A stretch of 57,910 nt of DNA, filler included, from Sphacelaria rigidula (lineage: Eukaryota), in NCBI GenBank assembly GCA_964200075.2. It is 6 parts of 6 records of this genome, joined end to end, with 100 filler letters (N's around TTAATTAATTAA, not from the genome) between each part and the next. Parts side by side here need not be neighbours in the genome. Positions count along the whole stretch, not along the records: positions 29,008 to 38,575 come from CAXNAA020008192.1; positions 38,676 to 48,243 come from CAXNAA020008193.1; positions 48,344 to 57,910 come from CAXNAA020008194.1; 3 more parts are not named here. The stretch is one strand, 5' to 3'. A program made the translations under genes and the position numbers. The notes beneath the pieces were generated by a model, which had not been told where the DNA came from, did no database searches, and saw only the letters and a list, made by a program, of their open reading frames with translations. This document shows positions 37,293 through 48,745 of the stretch, in pieces; positions within the stretch are counted from its first letter, which is position 1, and the number at the start of each line of letters is the position of its first letter.

Positions 37293-39048
37293 TTCATAGT
37301 TCAGTTTTTTTTTCTCCGTATGCTTCTGACCGATTCGGCGCCCAGTCGCCAGATGGCCGCCTGACCGTCCCGCAAGGTTTTGGAGGACCACTGTAAACCC
37401 AGATGGCCGCAAGTTGGGCGGTGGGCTCATAGTCGACTTTGCCCAAGTTCAGTTTCTTCCAATTAGAATCGAAGCCTTGGGCGGGTTCTCATCGCGGGGA
37501 ATTTTGATACCCTCTTTTCGAAATCCCCTCTAGTGAGGAGATTGCCCCCACGACGACCTGTTCGAGTCTTACCGAAAAGTAGTTTCGTCCAGATCGAAGC
37601 CCAGATCTGCACACGGGTGATGCGCCGGTTCTGGAAGTGGTCGTTGGTCCAATATCTCTCTACTCTGTACTACGACCACAGCCTGGACAATATCTTAAGT
37701 TGTCCAGGGTGTGACTACTCCAAACAGACCACGACAATGCAACACAACACCTATACACCGAGCCCCGGATAAACACGCACCAATACCCACCATCCACGCG
37801 CCGATGTTTCAACGCTAGCCCTTGCCCATGTACACACGGTAGTCGTTGTTTGACTGATATCCGTTCTACATTGGAGCTATGGTGGCCGCGCGCATCTCAG
37901 ATTGCAAACGAAAATGTGCCGTTGCTGACCGTTTGTATACGTGGGGTGTGCGCGCATCTCACGCGAATCCTCGGTTCTTGTTGACCTCTGAAGAGATTGT
38001 GCAAGGTCACGCACAACGTGCTCAGCTGATGAGCAGCTACGGCTCGAGCTGTTCATCTCCGTACAACGTGCCGAATGCATTACGACATTTCTACGATAAC
38101 TAAAACACAAAGCATGGTTCAAACATCGTATATACTCTTCTACATGAACCGTACCCCGGACGCGTGCCTTTAATTTTTTCCTCTTGTTTCCACGTTTTCT
38201 TTCGCCCTGCTTTTCTGTCCGCCATGCGTTCAGTACGCGGTGAGCAGGAACGGACCTTCTTTCCCGCCTCCGCGATTGAGACTTCTCCTGCTGGCGGACG
38301 TCGACCTCCCCTCTGCAGGCCGGATTGTGGAGAGGGCTATCCAGTGGTGAGCGCCGGGGCACAGTTCGATTCGCCGCCTAATCGCTCCCACCATACCGCA
38401 TTGGATATCATGACAAAGTGCGATATGATGAAAGTGCCCGATTGACTGATCAGACAACCCCCGCACTCAAGCGAGATCGTATGGTGGCAGGAAATGTTTC
38501 ACGGTTAGGACAAATCATCACGACTCAAAATCACCAATTTCACGATTTCTTCGGCCTGATTGCCCAAAAAAGAGANNNNNNNNNNNNNNNNNNNNNNNNN
38601 NNNNNNNNNNNNNNNNNNNTTAATTAATTAANNNNNNNNNNNNNNNNNNNNNNNNNNNNNNNNNNNNNNNNNNNNCAAACCACCAAGCGCGAAGCGCCGT
38701 GGTGTGTTCGGCGAGTCGCATGAAGGGTGAGCTGCATCTTGCTAGGAGTGTTTGGCCCGAAACCTACTGACAATCTTGCATTTGCATGACAGTCAACAAT
38801 GTTTTTTTTTTTGTGGTATCGCCACTTCCAGAGACAGCCACGGGTCTTACACTGCCTCATGGGTGTCTGACCCTACGATAGGGGGGGGGGGGGGTATTTG
38901 ATTGCACAAGAGTAAAGGCTTGTAAGTGTGTCAGACCACCTGCCACACTCGCGGTGCGCTTATATTTGTTTCAAATCGATGTCAATCGGCATGAATGAGC
39001 GTCACATATCTATAACAAGCTTGTTCAAGCAACCTTTGCAAGTTTTAA

Positions 39049-39187
39049 CCCTTTGGGAACTAGACCCCCAGGGAGTACTGATTTTTGTTTTGGTGAATCG
39101 GCATCTTTTTCACTCATTTTCAAGTCAAAATGATACCGATTCACAAAGATTCACAAAACAAGAATCAGCACTTGAGTTCCCAAAGGG
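39049..39187. mobile_element. TTAA-type MITE related to family S
   Basis: TTAA|ccctttgggaact ... agttcccaaaggg|TTAA, with core ttttcaagtcaaaatgataccgattca. Confidence 0.85.
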
Positions 39188-39308
39188 TTAATAACGATTT
39201 GACTTGGAATTTCGTGCAAGAAATGGCCCAAAATACCCCCCCCCCTCTCGTAGGGTGCTCCCCAACACCACGCGACGTTTGTCGTCGCCGTCAGAATTGT
39301 GATGGCTA

Positions 39309-40145
39309 GGAGCTGGGCCAGCCTAAAAACGGATTTGGGCTTTAAAAGCAGTATCTCATCGACACAGACGAGTTGGGCCGTGATCTGCACATCGAATTGA
39401 TCGTCTAATCCAGAGGAAGGTGCCCATCTGCTTGAAAGTTTGGGCCCATATTTTCTTGTTGATTCAATCCCATGTCTAGTAATTCCTATACCTAAGGGAG
39501 ATAGCGCCAATAATAAAACCTCTATGAAGCTCCTGATCGATGCATTCAGCGGATAGTGACGAATTTTGGTGTGGAGAGCCACAAAAGAGTACCGAATTAA
39601 AAAAAAGAATGGGCCTTAATTTTTTTCTTTTTCATAGAGGTTAGGGCGTTGTCGTGAAGAGAAAAGAAAGTCTTTACCATGGTAGAACGCCCTAACCAGT
39701 GGAAAAAAAGAAAAAAATCGACCTGACCCACTTTGTTTTGTTAAATATGCCTTAGAGAGCGCCCATACAAAATTTCAATACAAGAAAACCAAACGTGGGG
39801 CGGTGCGTGGCCTGCGAAATACTGTTCCGGATTTTTACCGACCCGGTTTTTGATACGCTCATGCTCTTTTATACATGCAGAGTTGGATCCTGAAATTTGG
39901 TATGGACAATGAGTAGGGCATGAAAAACAAAGTACCTCGGTACCAAAAGCTTTTTTTTCATGAGTTAAAGGCAATAATCAGTTTTCAGGTATCAGTATAA
40001 TGCCTTCAACTCATGACAAAGTGAAACAACTTTTGGTACCGAAGTAAGTGCTTTTTTCCATGCCCAAATTCATTGTCCATACCGAATTTCAGGGTCCAAC
40101 TCTAAATGTATAAAAGATCATGGGCCTCTAGGCTGGCCCAGCTCG
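39309..40145 (+). mobile_element. Complete Tc1/mariner-like non-autonomous element with an internal palindrome (copy 2)
   Basis: TA|ggagctgggccagcct ... aggctggcccagctcg|TA. Palindrome at about 39858-40122. Confidence 0.85.
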
Positions 40146-40159
40146 TAACAGCATCACGA

Positions 40160-41485
40160 GCTTACAGCTCGCTCTGTGCACCCGCTTCACGCGGGTCACA
40201 CGCCCCTGTTGTTTCGATCATGCAAGGCGGGTAGACAGCTTCGCGCTGCTCCGGCGGCAACTCCGCCAACCCGGCATCCACCTGTCCTTCAAGCAAACAT
40301 CCCTGCCAATCATCTGAATGATCTCCCGCCATGTCACTGGCGCAGGTAGATTCACTATGAGCCCGGCAAGCTCCTTGCTCACCCTGCTCGCTCGCAATAC
40401 GCGAATGACACCCCCCTGCAGCTTCGAGCATGCAAGGAGCTATCTCCAGCTACGCGCTGGTCCGGCGGCAACAAGCACTGGGATCTCTGCCCACCAGTAC
40501 TTTCTCATTGGCCCATGTAGGCCCCGCCCTCTCAACATCGCCAAAAGCAGCAGCAGTATCACCCATACTCGCTACAGCCGCCACCTCCTGTCCGGGTTGC
40601 TCCTTGACGGCAATAGCGAAAACGCCTCTAGCTCTTTCGGGCCTGTTCCCTCGGACTAGCGATGGATGTGTGATTTGTTCCCCTCTGCCAATAGCACTGC
40701 CAGCGGCTGCTGATTCAGCACCGACTACTGTACCCTCACTGTTCTTGTTGCCCAGTGCGCCTCTTCGGACAGACGCATGCGTCGTCACCTTCGCGTCCCT
40801 CAAAGTGGCATCGCGTTGTTGCTTCAGTCGCGGGCGAGTTGTTTCTATTACTGCACGCTCAGCGGCCGCACTATCGTGCCTGTCCCCTCGGGCAGACACA
40901 CGCTTCTCGGTTTTCACAGGGCAAACATCTACCCTGTATCGTTGTTTCAGATGCGCACCACCTACTGCACGTTTGGCGGGTGCACTGTCGTGCCTGTCCC
41001 CTCGGGCACACACATGTTTCTCGGCTTTCTTCACAGTGCAAGCAGCTGCCCTGTATCGTTGCTTCAAACGTGGACCCCCTACTGCATGTTCGGCGGGTGC
41101 ACAGTCATGCTTGTCCCCCTGGGGCAGACACATGCTGTGTGGCAAGTGCGCGCTTCACAGTGAGATACGCCGCACCGGACGACGCATGCTTGCGCAACGC
41201 GAAAAGCAGCTGCTCGTGCCCAACATCATAAGCATGCTTCAAGAACGTGTCACATAGACATATCGCAATATGTTTCGGCATGAGGTCAGAAACTGCTGTC
41301 ACCTCAAAGAGATTTGTACACCGCGCGTTCACCTGATCGATCTCTCGCACATATTACTCGTATTTCCGTAAAAACTCGGCCAATTTCTCGCTCGAAAAAC
41401 TGCGGCTATACTACGGCATCTCCAAGGCCAGTACAGGAACAACACGACCATCGACGATGACATATTCCTGCGCCTCATCATTTTG
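40160..41485 (-). pseudogene. Probable Ty3/gypsy gag-like remnant followed by peptide repeats
   Basis: VPVLALEMP*...SEKLAEFLRKYE*YVREIDQVN...LMPKHIAICLCD resembles, from memory, stramenopile gypsy gag N-termini. It is followed by ~40-aa repeats (ARGDRHDSA..RAVGG..LKQRYR) and a ~70-aa unit shared with 45060-45545. Confidence 0.5.
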
Positions 41486-41799
41486 AACAGTCAAACAGGC
41501 TTTGCCGCTACCTCCACGCTGCTCATCAAGCGCCGAGCTACCACGACATGTGTACATGGTGAACAATCACAAAGCAGCACCTCAACAGCTCTACAGCGCT
41601 TCCAGAAAAAACGACGTTGTTTATTCATCACAGAAACAACAACTTTCCATACACCAACACGCGCTTGGCTTCCAAACGACAATGGCCACAGCGCCTCTTC
41701 CTCACGCAGATCTCACCACGTCTTGAAGTCCTCAGACTCCCCTTCCTGACCGTACCTGGCCAAGTGTGGAACAGGCAACCCTCGCTGGCTCCACCAGGC

Positions 41800-44700
41800 A
41801 GTCATTGCGCCGCTTTTTTCGGAATGCTCACGGGCTCGCCAGCTGTCGATCAACCTCCCGCACCTCACGCACGAGCGATACCACAGCCCGCCCTAGCACT
41901 GCCTCAGAACCTCCTCTCCCTTAGCAATGTTCACGCCAGCAACAGCAATCATCAGCTCTTACAGGTAGCAGCGCAAAATGGACAGCGACAATTCCGCCGC
42001 ATTTTGCAAACATAAATCAGTTTGATGTACCTCATCCCGCGTTCAGCAGTACTTGAAAGCTGCTACGACGTGACTGATCTGTCAACTCCGTGCACCATAT
42101 TACCTGATGTAGCGAAAACCCACACATGCATGCCAGAATTTCACCCAGCATTTGCATTGAAACCTCGATCTCAAACACCGTTCATCATGCGCTGACCACA
42201 GCAATCCAAAGGACGGATACAAAACCATCCGCGTGCACATCGGCATTTCACCTGGCATACGCAATACGATCATACTCATTTGACCGCCATATCTATAGAC
42301 TTGTCTGAAATCAGAACAAGGTCACAATGCTGCTCCAGAGGCTTTCTCCCTGTCACGGACTCCAGATATCATACATCACGGAGTCCACCTGTCATACTCT
42401 CAGGCACCTTATCCATCAACCAGTCTATACACGCCTGCAATGTATTTTCTCGACTGCAGTCATGTACCTAACCACGGTAACAATGTTGCCCGGAGTCTCA
42501 AGCACCCCCACAGTACGCTTACTACCAACAAGTTGTCAGCCTAGAGCTTGATAAATTCAGAAATCATTGTTGACAACGTCTACCGTCGGTTTTCACCTAG
42601 AATGGCAATCCCTACCGCAGTATACGATAACAGCCATACAAGCTTCTCCAAAATCTCGCAAGAGATCCGAAATGTCCATCATGAACACGCAATCACGCAA
42701 CTTGTACCTGTAGACTATGGGCAACATTGTTACCTTGGTTGTGTACACGACTGTGAACCTACCTGCAATCAGAACAAGGTTAAGGTGCTGCCCCAGAGGC
42801 TTCATCCCTGTCACGGGCTCCACAGACTTCAAGACTTCAAGCAGTTATACAAACGGCAGTCTTCGTTAACCAGAAGTAACCTTGCACCTCGTGTGCAAAC
42901 ATCATACATCACGGAGTCCACCGATCATACTCTCAGACCCATTATCCATCAACCAGCCTGTAAACGCCTGCTATGCATTCTCTCCACTGCAGTCATGTAC
43001 CGAATCAAGGTAACAATGTTGCCCGGAGTCCACAGCACCCCCAAAGCTCGCTTACTACCAACAAGCAGTCAGACCTAGAGCTTGATAGACTCAGACATCA
43101 TTGTTGCCGAAGTCTACCGTCAATTTTCACCCAGAATGGCAATCCCTACCGCAGTATACGATAACAGCCATACGAGCTTGTCCAATTTCCGCACAACGTG
43201 AAGAGATCGAAAACGTCCATCATGAACATTCAATCACGCTACTTGCATCGCTCCGAGTCATGGAGCGATAGCTGACGCCCGATTCTCAAACCCATCCCTC
43301 AAGCAAGTCTCCTGACTTCAAACCGGCGAGAAAATGTAAACGTCAACGAACTTCAAATTCTGAAGCCATAGTGACAATCCGTCTCTCGCATTCGATACTG
43401 TTCAACGTACAAATTACTCTCTCGTACGTTTAACACTTGTGCAACCGAGTGCGACAGCCAAGCAATGTACCTGAAACTAGAATCAAAATAAGTATCCAAC
43501 ACGTCTGAAACGCAGCTGGTCGCTTGCGTGTTCAACTCCGTGAAACGTTTGCCTCGCACACCTCTTCTTCGTGAAAGCTTCATCACCCACTCAACTCATG
43601 AGCATACTCGAGAAAAACAAAAGCCATGGCTCAAACAGCTTTTCAAGCCATGTATTCCAATCCAACAACGGCGAACGAACCTCGACCTCCGCCATCATTG
43701 ATAACCCGTAGTGATATCGTTCTGAAACTCGTTTCTACCGAGTACGTCCAGAAAGCACCCAGATAGAATATCCCTACTTGGATTTAGGACCGTGATATCC
43801 CATCGGTCGATCAAGCGCGATATAAAATGTACTTCATATCCCAGCAAACGTGCACCTCACCTGCACCGCTTCCTTAGACAAACGGACACTCCATCCACAT
43901 GATCCTTCCAGACGGAAATGAAGTATTCCCTCAGAAGAAGCTCCATAGCCGAAGGTCAGTCATCTTCAGCCACAAAAACACTCGCATTTTCCTTGCGCAC
44001 ATACGAGCCTACGCATTTCGTAGTTACTGCTCATTGTAACGCCAACAGCAGCAATCACCATCTTCTACGGTCAGGACTCACAAACCGCACAAAGAGAACT
44101 CCGCCGCGAGTCTGTTAGCAGGGATATACGAGGCTCAACTTATTCAGCATACAGCGGTATATTGAAAATTTCCTCACCCTGACTCTTCGCCAGTTACCAT
44201 GCGCACTAACATAATGTAGTCAACATTCTACGCATGCATGCCAGCATGTCACCCAGCACATGCACTGCGACCCTCCTCCTAGTAGACAGACACCATGCAA
44301 AATCCGTGCCAACCAGATCAGCACCACACACACATCTTGAATATCAACGTGTACTCCAGAATTTCACCCTGCACACACGATACGATCATACTCGCTCAAC
44401 AACCATGTTTCATGCGCAAACATGACCGCAAACCACACAGTAACAAGCTGCAATCATGCTCAAGACGATTCGCGAATACCAGTCATAATGTGTTTCCTCA
44501 ACAAGCACTCAATCACCTCAGCACTTGCTCAGCACCCAACGTGGCGCTCACCACGACAGCAAGAACCTCAATTAATGCCTTCTTTGTAGTCCTCCAGCCC
44601 GCTCCTGAGAAACAGCAACAGTAGCGCCACACAATCATGCACACCATGGCCCAGCGTTTCCGTTCAAACACTCGCTCCGTGTACCATCGGTCCACCTACA

Positions 44701-47700
44701 TGTAGCACCCCCACAGTGTCGCTGAGCACTCCATCAAACGGTATACTCGCACCGCCTAACCAATACGACGAAGCCTCTGCTCCCACAGATGCTTGAGCAT
44801 CAGCGAAAGCTCGTGCTTCAGTCGCATCTTCAGGGGAAACGAGAGGCGAAACGCAAACAGCCATGCAGTCCCGCACAGCCACACCTCCCGATGGCATCAC
44901 ACCATCCTCCTCAAGCACCTGACCTAGCGACATGGACACCTCGATCAACGCCGCCAAGTACGACGAACCTGTCCATGTAAATAGCAGTGCATACGACCAC
45001 CCCAACACTACGCAACGCTCGACGTCGCTGTAGGAATTATGACCGCTAATAGCATCACAAGCCTGAAGTTCGCTCTGCCTACCCGCTTCACGCGGATCAC
45101 ACACCTCTGCTGCTTCCAGCGTACACGGCGTGTTCGCAGCGCCAAGCTGCTCCGGCGGCAACTCCGCCAACGGTGCATCCCCTGCGAATCATCTGAACCA
45201 TCTCCCGCCCTATCGTTGGCGCACAGAGATTCTCTATGAGCGTGGCCAGTACAAAGCTCGCCTTGCTCGTCCGCATGACGCGAATGACACCCCCCTGCAG
45301 CTTCGAGCATGCACGGCGTGTCCGCAGCGCCACGCTGCTCCGGCGGCAACTCCGCCAACGGTGCATCCAGCTCTCCTTCAAGCAGATACCCCTGCGAATC
45401 ATCTGAACCATCTCCCGCCATATCGTCGGTGCACAGAGATTCTCCATGAGCATGGCCAGTCCAAAGCTCGCTTTGCTCGTCCGCATGACGCGAATGACAC
45501 CCCCCTGCAGCTTCGAGCATGCAAGGCGTGTTCTCAGCTACACGCTGGTCATCAAACACAAGTCTATCGCGCGATCTGAACCCGTCACCTTGGAATCCAC
45601 CTCCCCTCGAAGCAGAAATTCCTGCGGAGCTGTACTTGCTCCCGCCGTAGGATCATAAGCATCGCACCTATGACAACCTCGGCCCACACATCGCCGACAG
45701 CCTCGGGGCATTGCATTTTCGTTTGGCGCGCTATTTGGCTTATCAGCGGCTGCTGCTGCAGCCGCGGCGCGCCGGCCGGCCGCTGACGACAGTTTCTGTG
45801 TGGTGAGACAAGGTTCGTGAGGCTCTTTCGAGCCAGAACCGCCACTACCCGCTGCGGCGGCCGCAGGCGTGGCGCGCCGGCCAGCCGCTGACGACACTTT
45901 CTGTGTTCTTGGCACAATCAGGTTCTTGGTCCTGAGGCTTGCCATGGCAGAATTTCAAAAAATGTAGGAAAATTTCAGCTGCCTTCGAAGCACAGAAACT
46001 GCAACTCTGCCCATACACCAAGACGAGCGTCATCACAAACACTATGGCGACCACAGCATCTCTTTTAACGCAGCTCTCACCACGTTTGAAGTCCTTCTTA
46101 GACTCCTCTTCTTGAACGCGGCTGGCCAACCTTAAACTAACCCTCTTGCGATTCTCCCGGCTGAGGTGGTAATTGCACCGCGTTTGTTGGCAGGCTCTCC
46201 GGCCAACCCAGCTGGTGATCAACCGACACCAAAGGGCACCCTAGCACTACCACAGAGCCTTCTTGGCTCTACCCCTGCCATCCTCCTGCGCGCTGCCATC
46301 CTTTCAAAAGGCTCCTTCCCTTCAGTTGCCTTGGCTTATGTTACCAGCGTCTCTCTTTCCGCCGCTTCCTCCCCCACTCTTTTCAACGTGAGCGTCTCCC
46401 GTTTTACAGACTGCGGGGTGCGGCTTCAAAAACCCTTTCCAGAAACGTTAAATTTCCTGAATGAACGTTTATTGTGAACCTGCCTGCAATCAGAACAAGA
46501 TTACAGTGCTACTCCAGAGGCTTCATTCCTGTCACGGGCTCCACAGACTTCAAGACTTCAAGCAGTTATACAAACGGCAGTCTTCGTTAACCAGAAGTGG
46601 CAAACATCATTCATCGCGGAGTCCACCGATCATACTCTCAGACCCGTTATCCATCAACCAGACTATAAACGCCTGCTATGCATTCTCTCCACTGCAGTCA
46701 TGTACCGAATCAAGGTAACAATGTTGCCCGGAGTCTACAGACACTGTAGTCGAGAAAATGCAGAGCAGGCGTTTATAGGCTGCTTCATGCATAACGGGTC
46801 TGAGAGTATGATCGGTGGACTCCGCGATGAATGATGTTTGCCATACGAGGTGCGCCGGTCACTTCTGATCAAGTCAGACATGCTATTTGTATAACTGCTT
46901 CAGTCTTGAGCCCATGACAGGGAGTAAGCCTCTGTAGCAGCAGCACTGGGACCTTGTTCTGATTTCAGACAAGTCTACAATAAACGATTATTCAGGAAAC
47001 TTGTCGTTTCTGGAGAGTGATGCTACGGTAGGGGTGCACAAATATTTTCTGACGTTACAACTGTTAGGAGTCTTGATCTCATGCAAAACATGATCTATGA
47101 AAATGTGTGAAAGTACGCCAGGATTATTTCTCCAGTGTGCTGGGGATATCTCGAATAAATATGCAAACGAGGATGCCCTGACTCATACTTTGGTGCATCT
47201 AGGACCGTTAGGAGCCGCTGACCTAGGCATGATTTCGCGAAAAGAGTGCACCCCTACCGTAGTAGTGTTACTCTGCATTAGGGTTTTGTAGCCTCACCCC
47301 ATAGTCACGTGAAAAAACAGGGGAGGAGGGAGTGGCGGAGAGAGACGCGCTGGTCAAATAACCCGAGGCAACTGAAGTACAGAAGCCTATTGCAAGGATG
47401 ACAACGCGCAGGTGGATGGAAGGAGTAGAGCCGAGAAGGTTCTGAGGTAGTGCTGGGGTGCGCTTTGATATCGGTTAATCACCAGCTGGATTGCCTGGAG
47501 AGCTGTAGACTTGTCTGAAATCAGAACAAGGTCACAGTGCTGCTCGAGAGGCTTCCTCCCTGTCACGGGCTCCAGAGACTTTAAGATTCTAGCAGTTATA
47601 CAAACAGCAGTCTTCCTTGAACCGGAAGTGATCCTTGTTTGCTCCCCTCGTAAACACAATATGCTACGCATTTGATAATCATTCTCGAACCCATCGTCGC
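41800..47700. repeat. Mosaic of reiterated modules associated with the gypsy remnants
   Basis: The module aatcagaacaagg..tgct..ccagaggctt occurs at about 42309, 42767, 46488, 47519 and reversed at about 46900-46980. 41920-42290 resembles 44030-44400. A ~210-bp tandem unit spans 45060-45545. Confidence 0.75.
47026..47259. mobile_element. Tc1/mariner-like MITE
   Basis: TA|cggtaggggtgcac ... gtgcacccctaccg|TA. Confidence 0.85.
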
Positions 47701-47913
47701 AAGATCCAAACTGATATCCATATGCTAGCGTAATCCTCATGCTAGAGGTGCTACTGTACTTTCTTCACAGCACCCCCAAGCTACAGTTTACTCAACAGTG
47801 GAAAATTAACTTGATCATCAGTGCACACCGACAATAAATCTCGGATGTCAACAAAGAACAATCATGCAAACGATAACCAAGCGGTATACTCTACGAAGTA
47901 ACCAGACAACCAG

Positions 47914-48186
47914 TCACAGCTTGATACCATACTTGGCCTTCAGACGCTCCCGTAGTTGCTTGTTCAATTTCAACTTCCGCACTTCAAATCGTACAAACTG
48001 CGGCGCTCCTCTCCAAATGATATCCAACCACACGAAATTGCACAGATCATCCATCATTACAAATATGTACTTGTACCCATCGCCTTCATCCAGGCCGCTC
48101 TTGCCCGGCGGACAACTTTCGCCAACGTACAGATAATCAAAATGCACCACTTCACCGGGCCGTGTGCCATGCACTGTCTCCCCGCG
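47914..48186 (-). pseudogene. Ty3/gypsy integrase fragment fused to the pol C-terminal tail
   Basis: GETVHGTRPGEVVHFDYLYVGES...YKYIFVMMDDLCNFVWL (start of the rve core) runs directly into DIIWRGAPQFV...LKAKYGIKL*, indicating an internal deletion. Confidence 0.82.
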
Positions 48187-48409
48187 ACTGGTATGCACCC
48201 ATGAGGCAGTGTGAAAGCCGTGGCTGTCTCTGGAAGTGACGATNNNNNNNNNNNNNNNNNNNNNNNNNNNNNNNNNNNNNNNNNNNNTTAATTAATTAAN
48301 NNNNNNNNNNNNNNNNNNNNNNNNNNNNNNNNNNNNNNNNNNNAAGGCAAGCAACAAATGAGTACGCCCCCCCCCGTCCCCCCGCCCCCCTCACCACCAC
48401 GCGGACTAG

Positions 48410-48745
48410 TACTTCCTGCTCTATGTTGGTATATACAAGTCACATTCCCAACCCCTCGTCGTTTTCGGGACGATTCTATACTCTCAAGGGATCAACTCAT
48501 TTGTCACCCAGTACACGCCTTGGATCCTGTTCTAGCGGGTTGGATCATGATCAGCACTCTCGCACCGAGTCGGCTCTCATCAATCAACACTCACTCAAAC
48601 AAAATATATTTGCTGCTCACATTCTCACACTCGCGACGACGGAAATCAGATCCTTCGTATAAAAAACTCAATCGTATCTGCCAGGAATCGAACCCGCGTT
48701 CTCCCCACCCTTATGGCGTCAGTCGTACCATTACACCACCGGAGC
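48410..48745 (-). mobile_element. tRNA-derived SINE (head at 48678-48745)
   Basis: Minus strand GCTCCGG-TGGTGTAATGGT (A box) ... GGTTCGATTCC (B box). The acceptor stem is not closed, so this is not a tRNA gene. The 3' boundary is approximate. Confidence 0.6.

Noticed and set aside
9570-48343. Regular ~9.67-kb periodic TTAATTAATTAA motif
   Set aside because: It is an artificial linker inside N spacers joining size-sorted contigs. It is not biological, and no synteny can be read across it.
48190-48392. Left and right C-run-associated motifs facing each other across a gap as one element
   Set aside because: The gap is a concatenation spacer between unrelated contigs, so this adjacency is coincidental.
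48678-48745. Functional tRNA gene
   Set aside because: A and B boxes are present, but the acceptor and anticodon stems do not pair. Treated as a SINE head.
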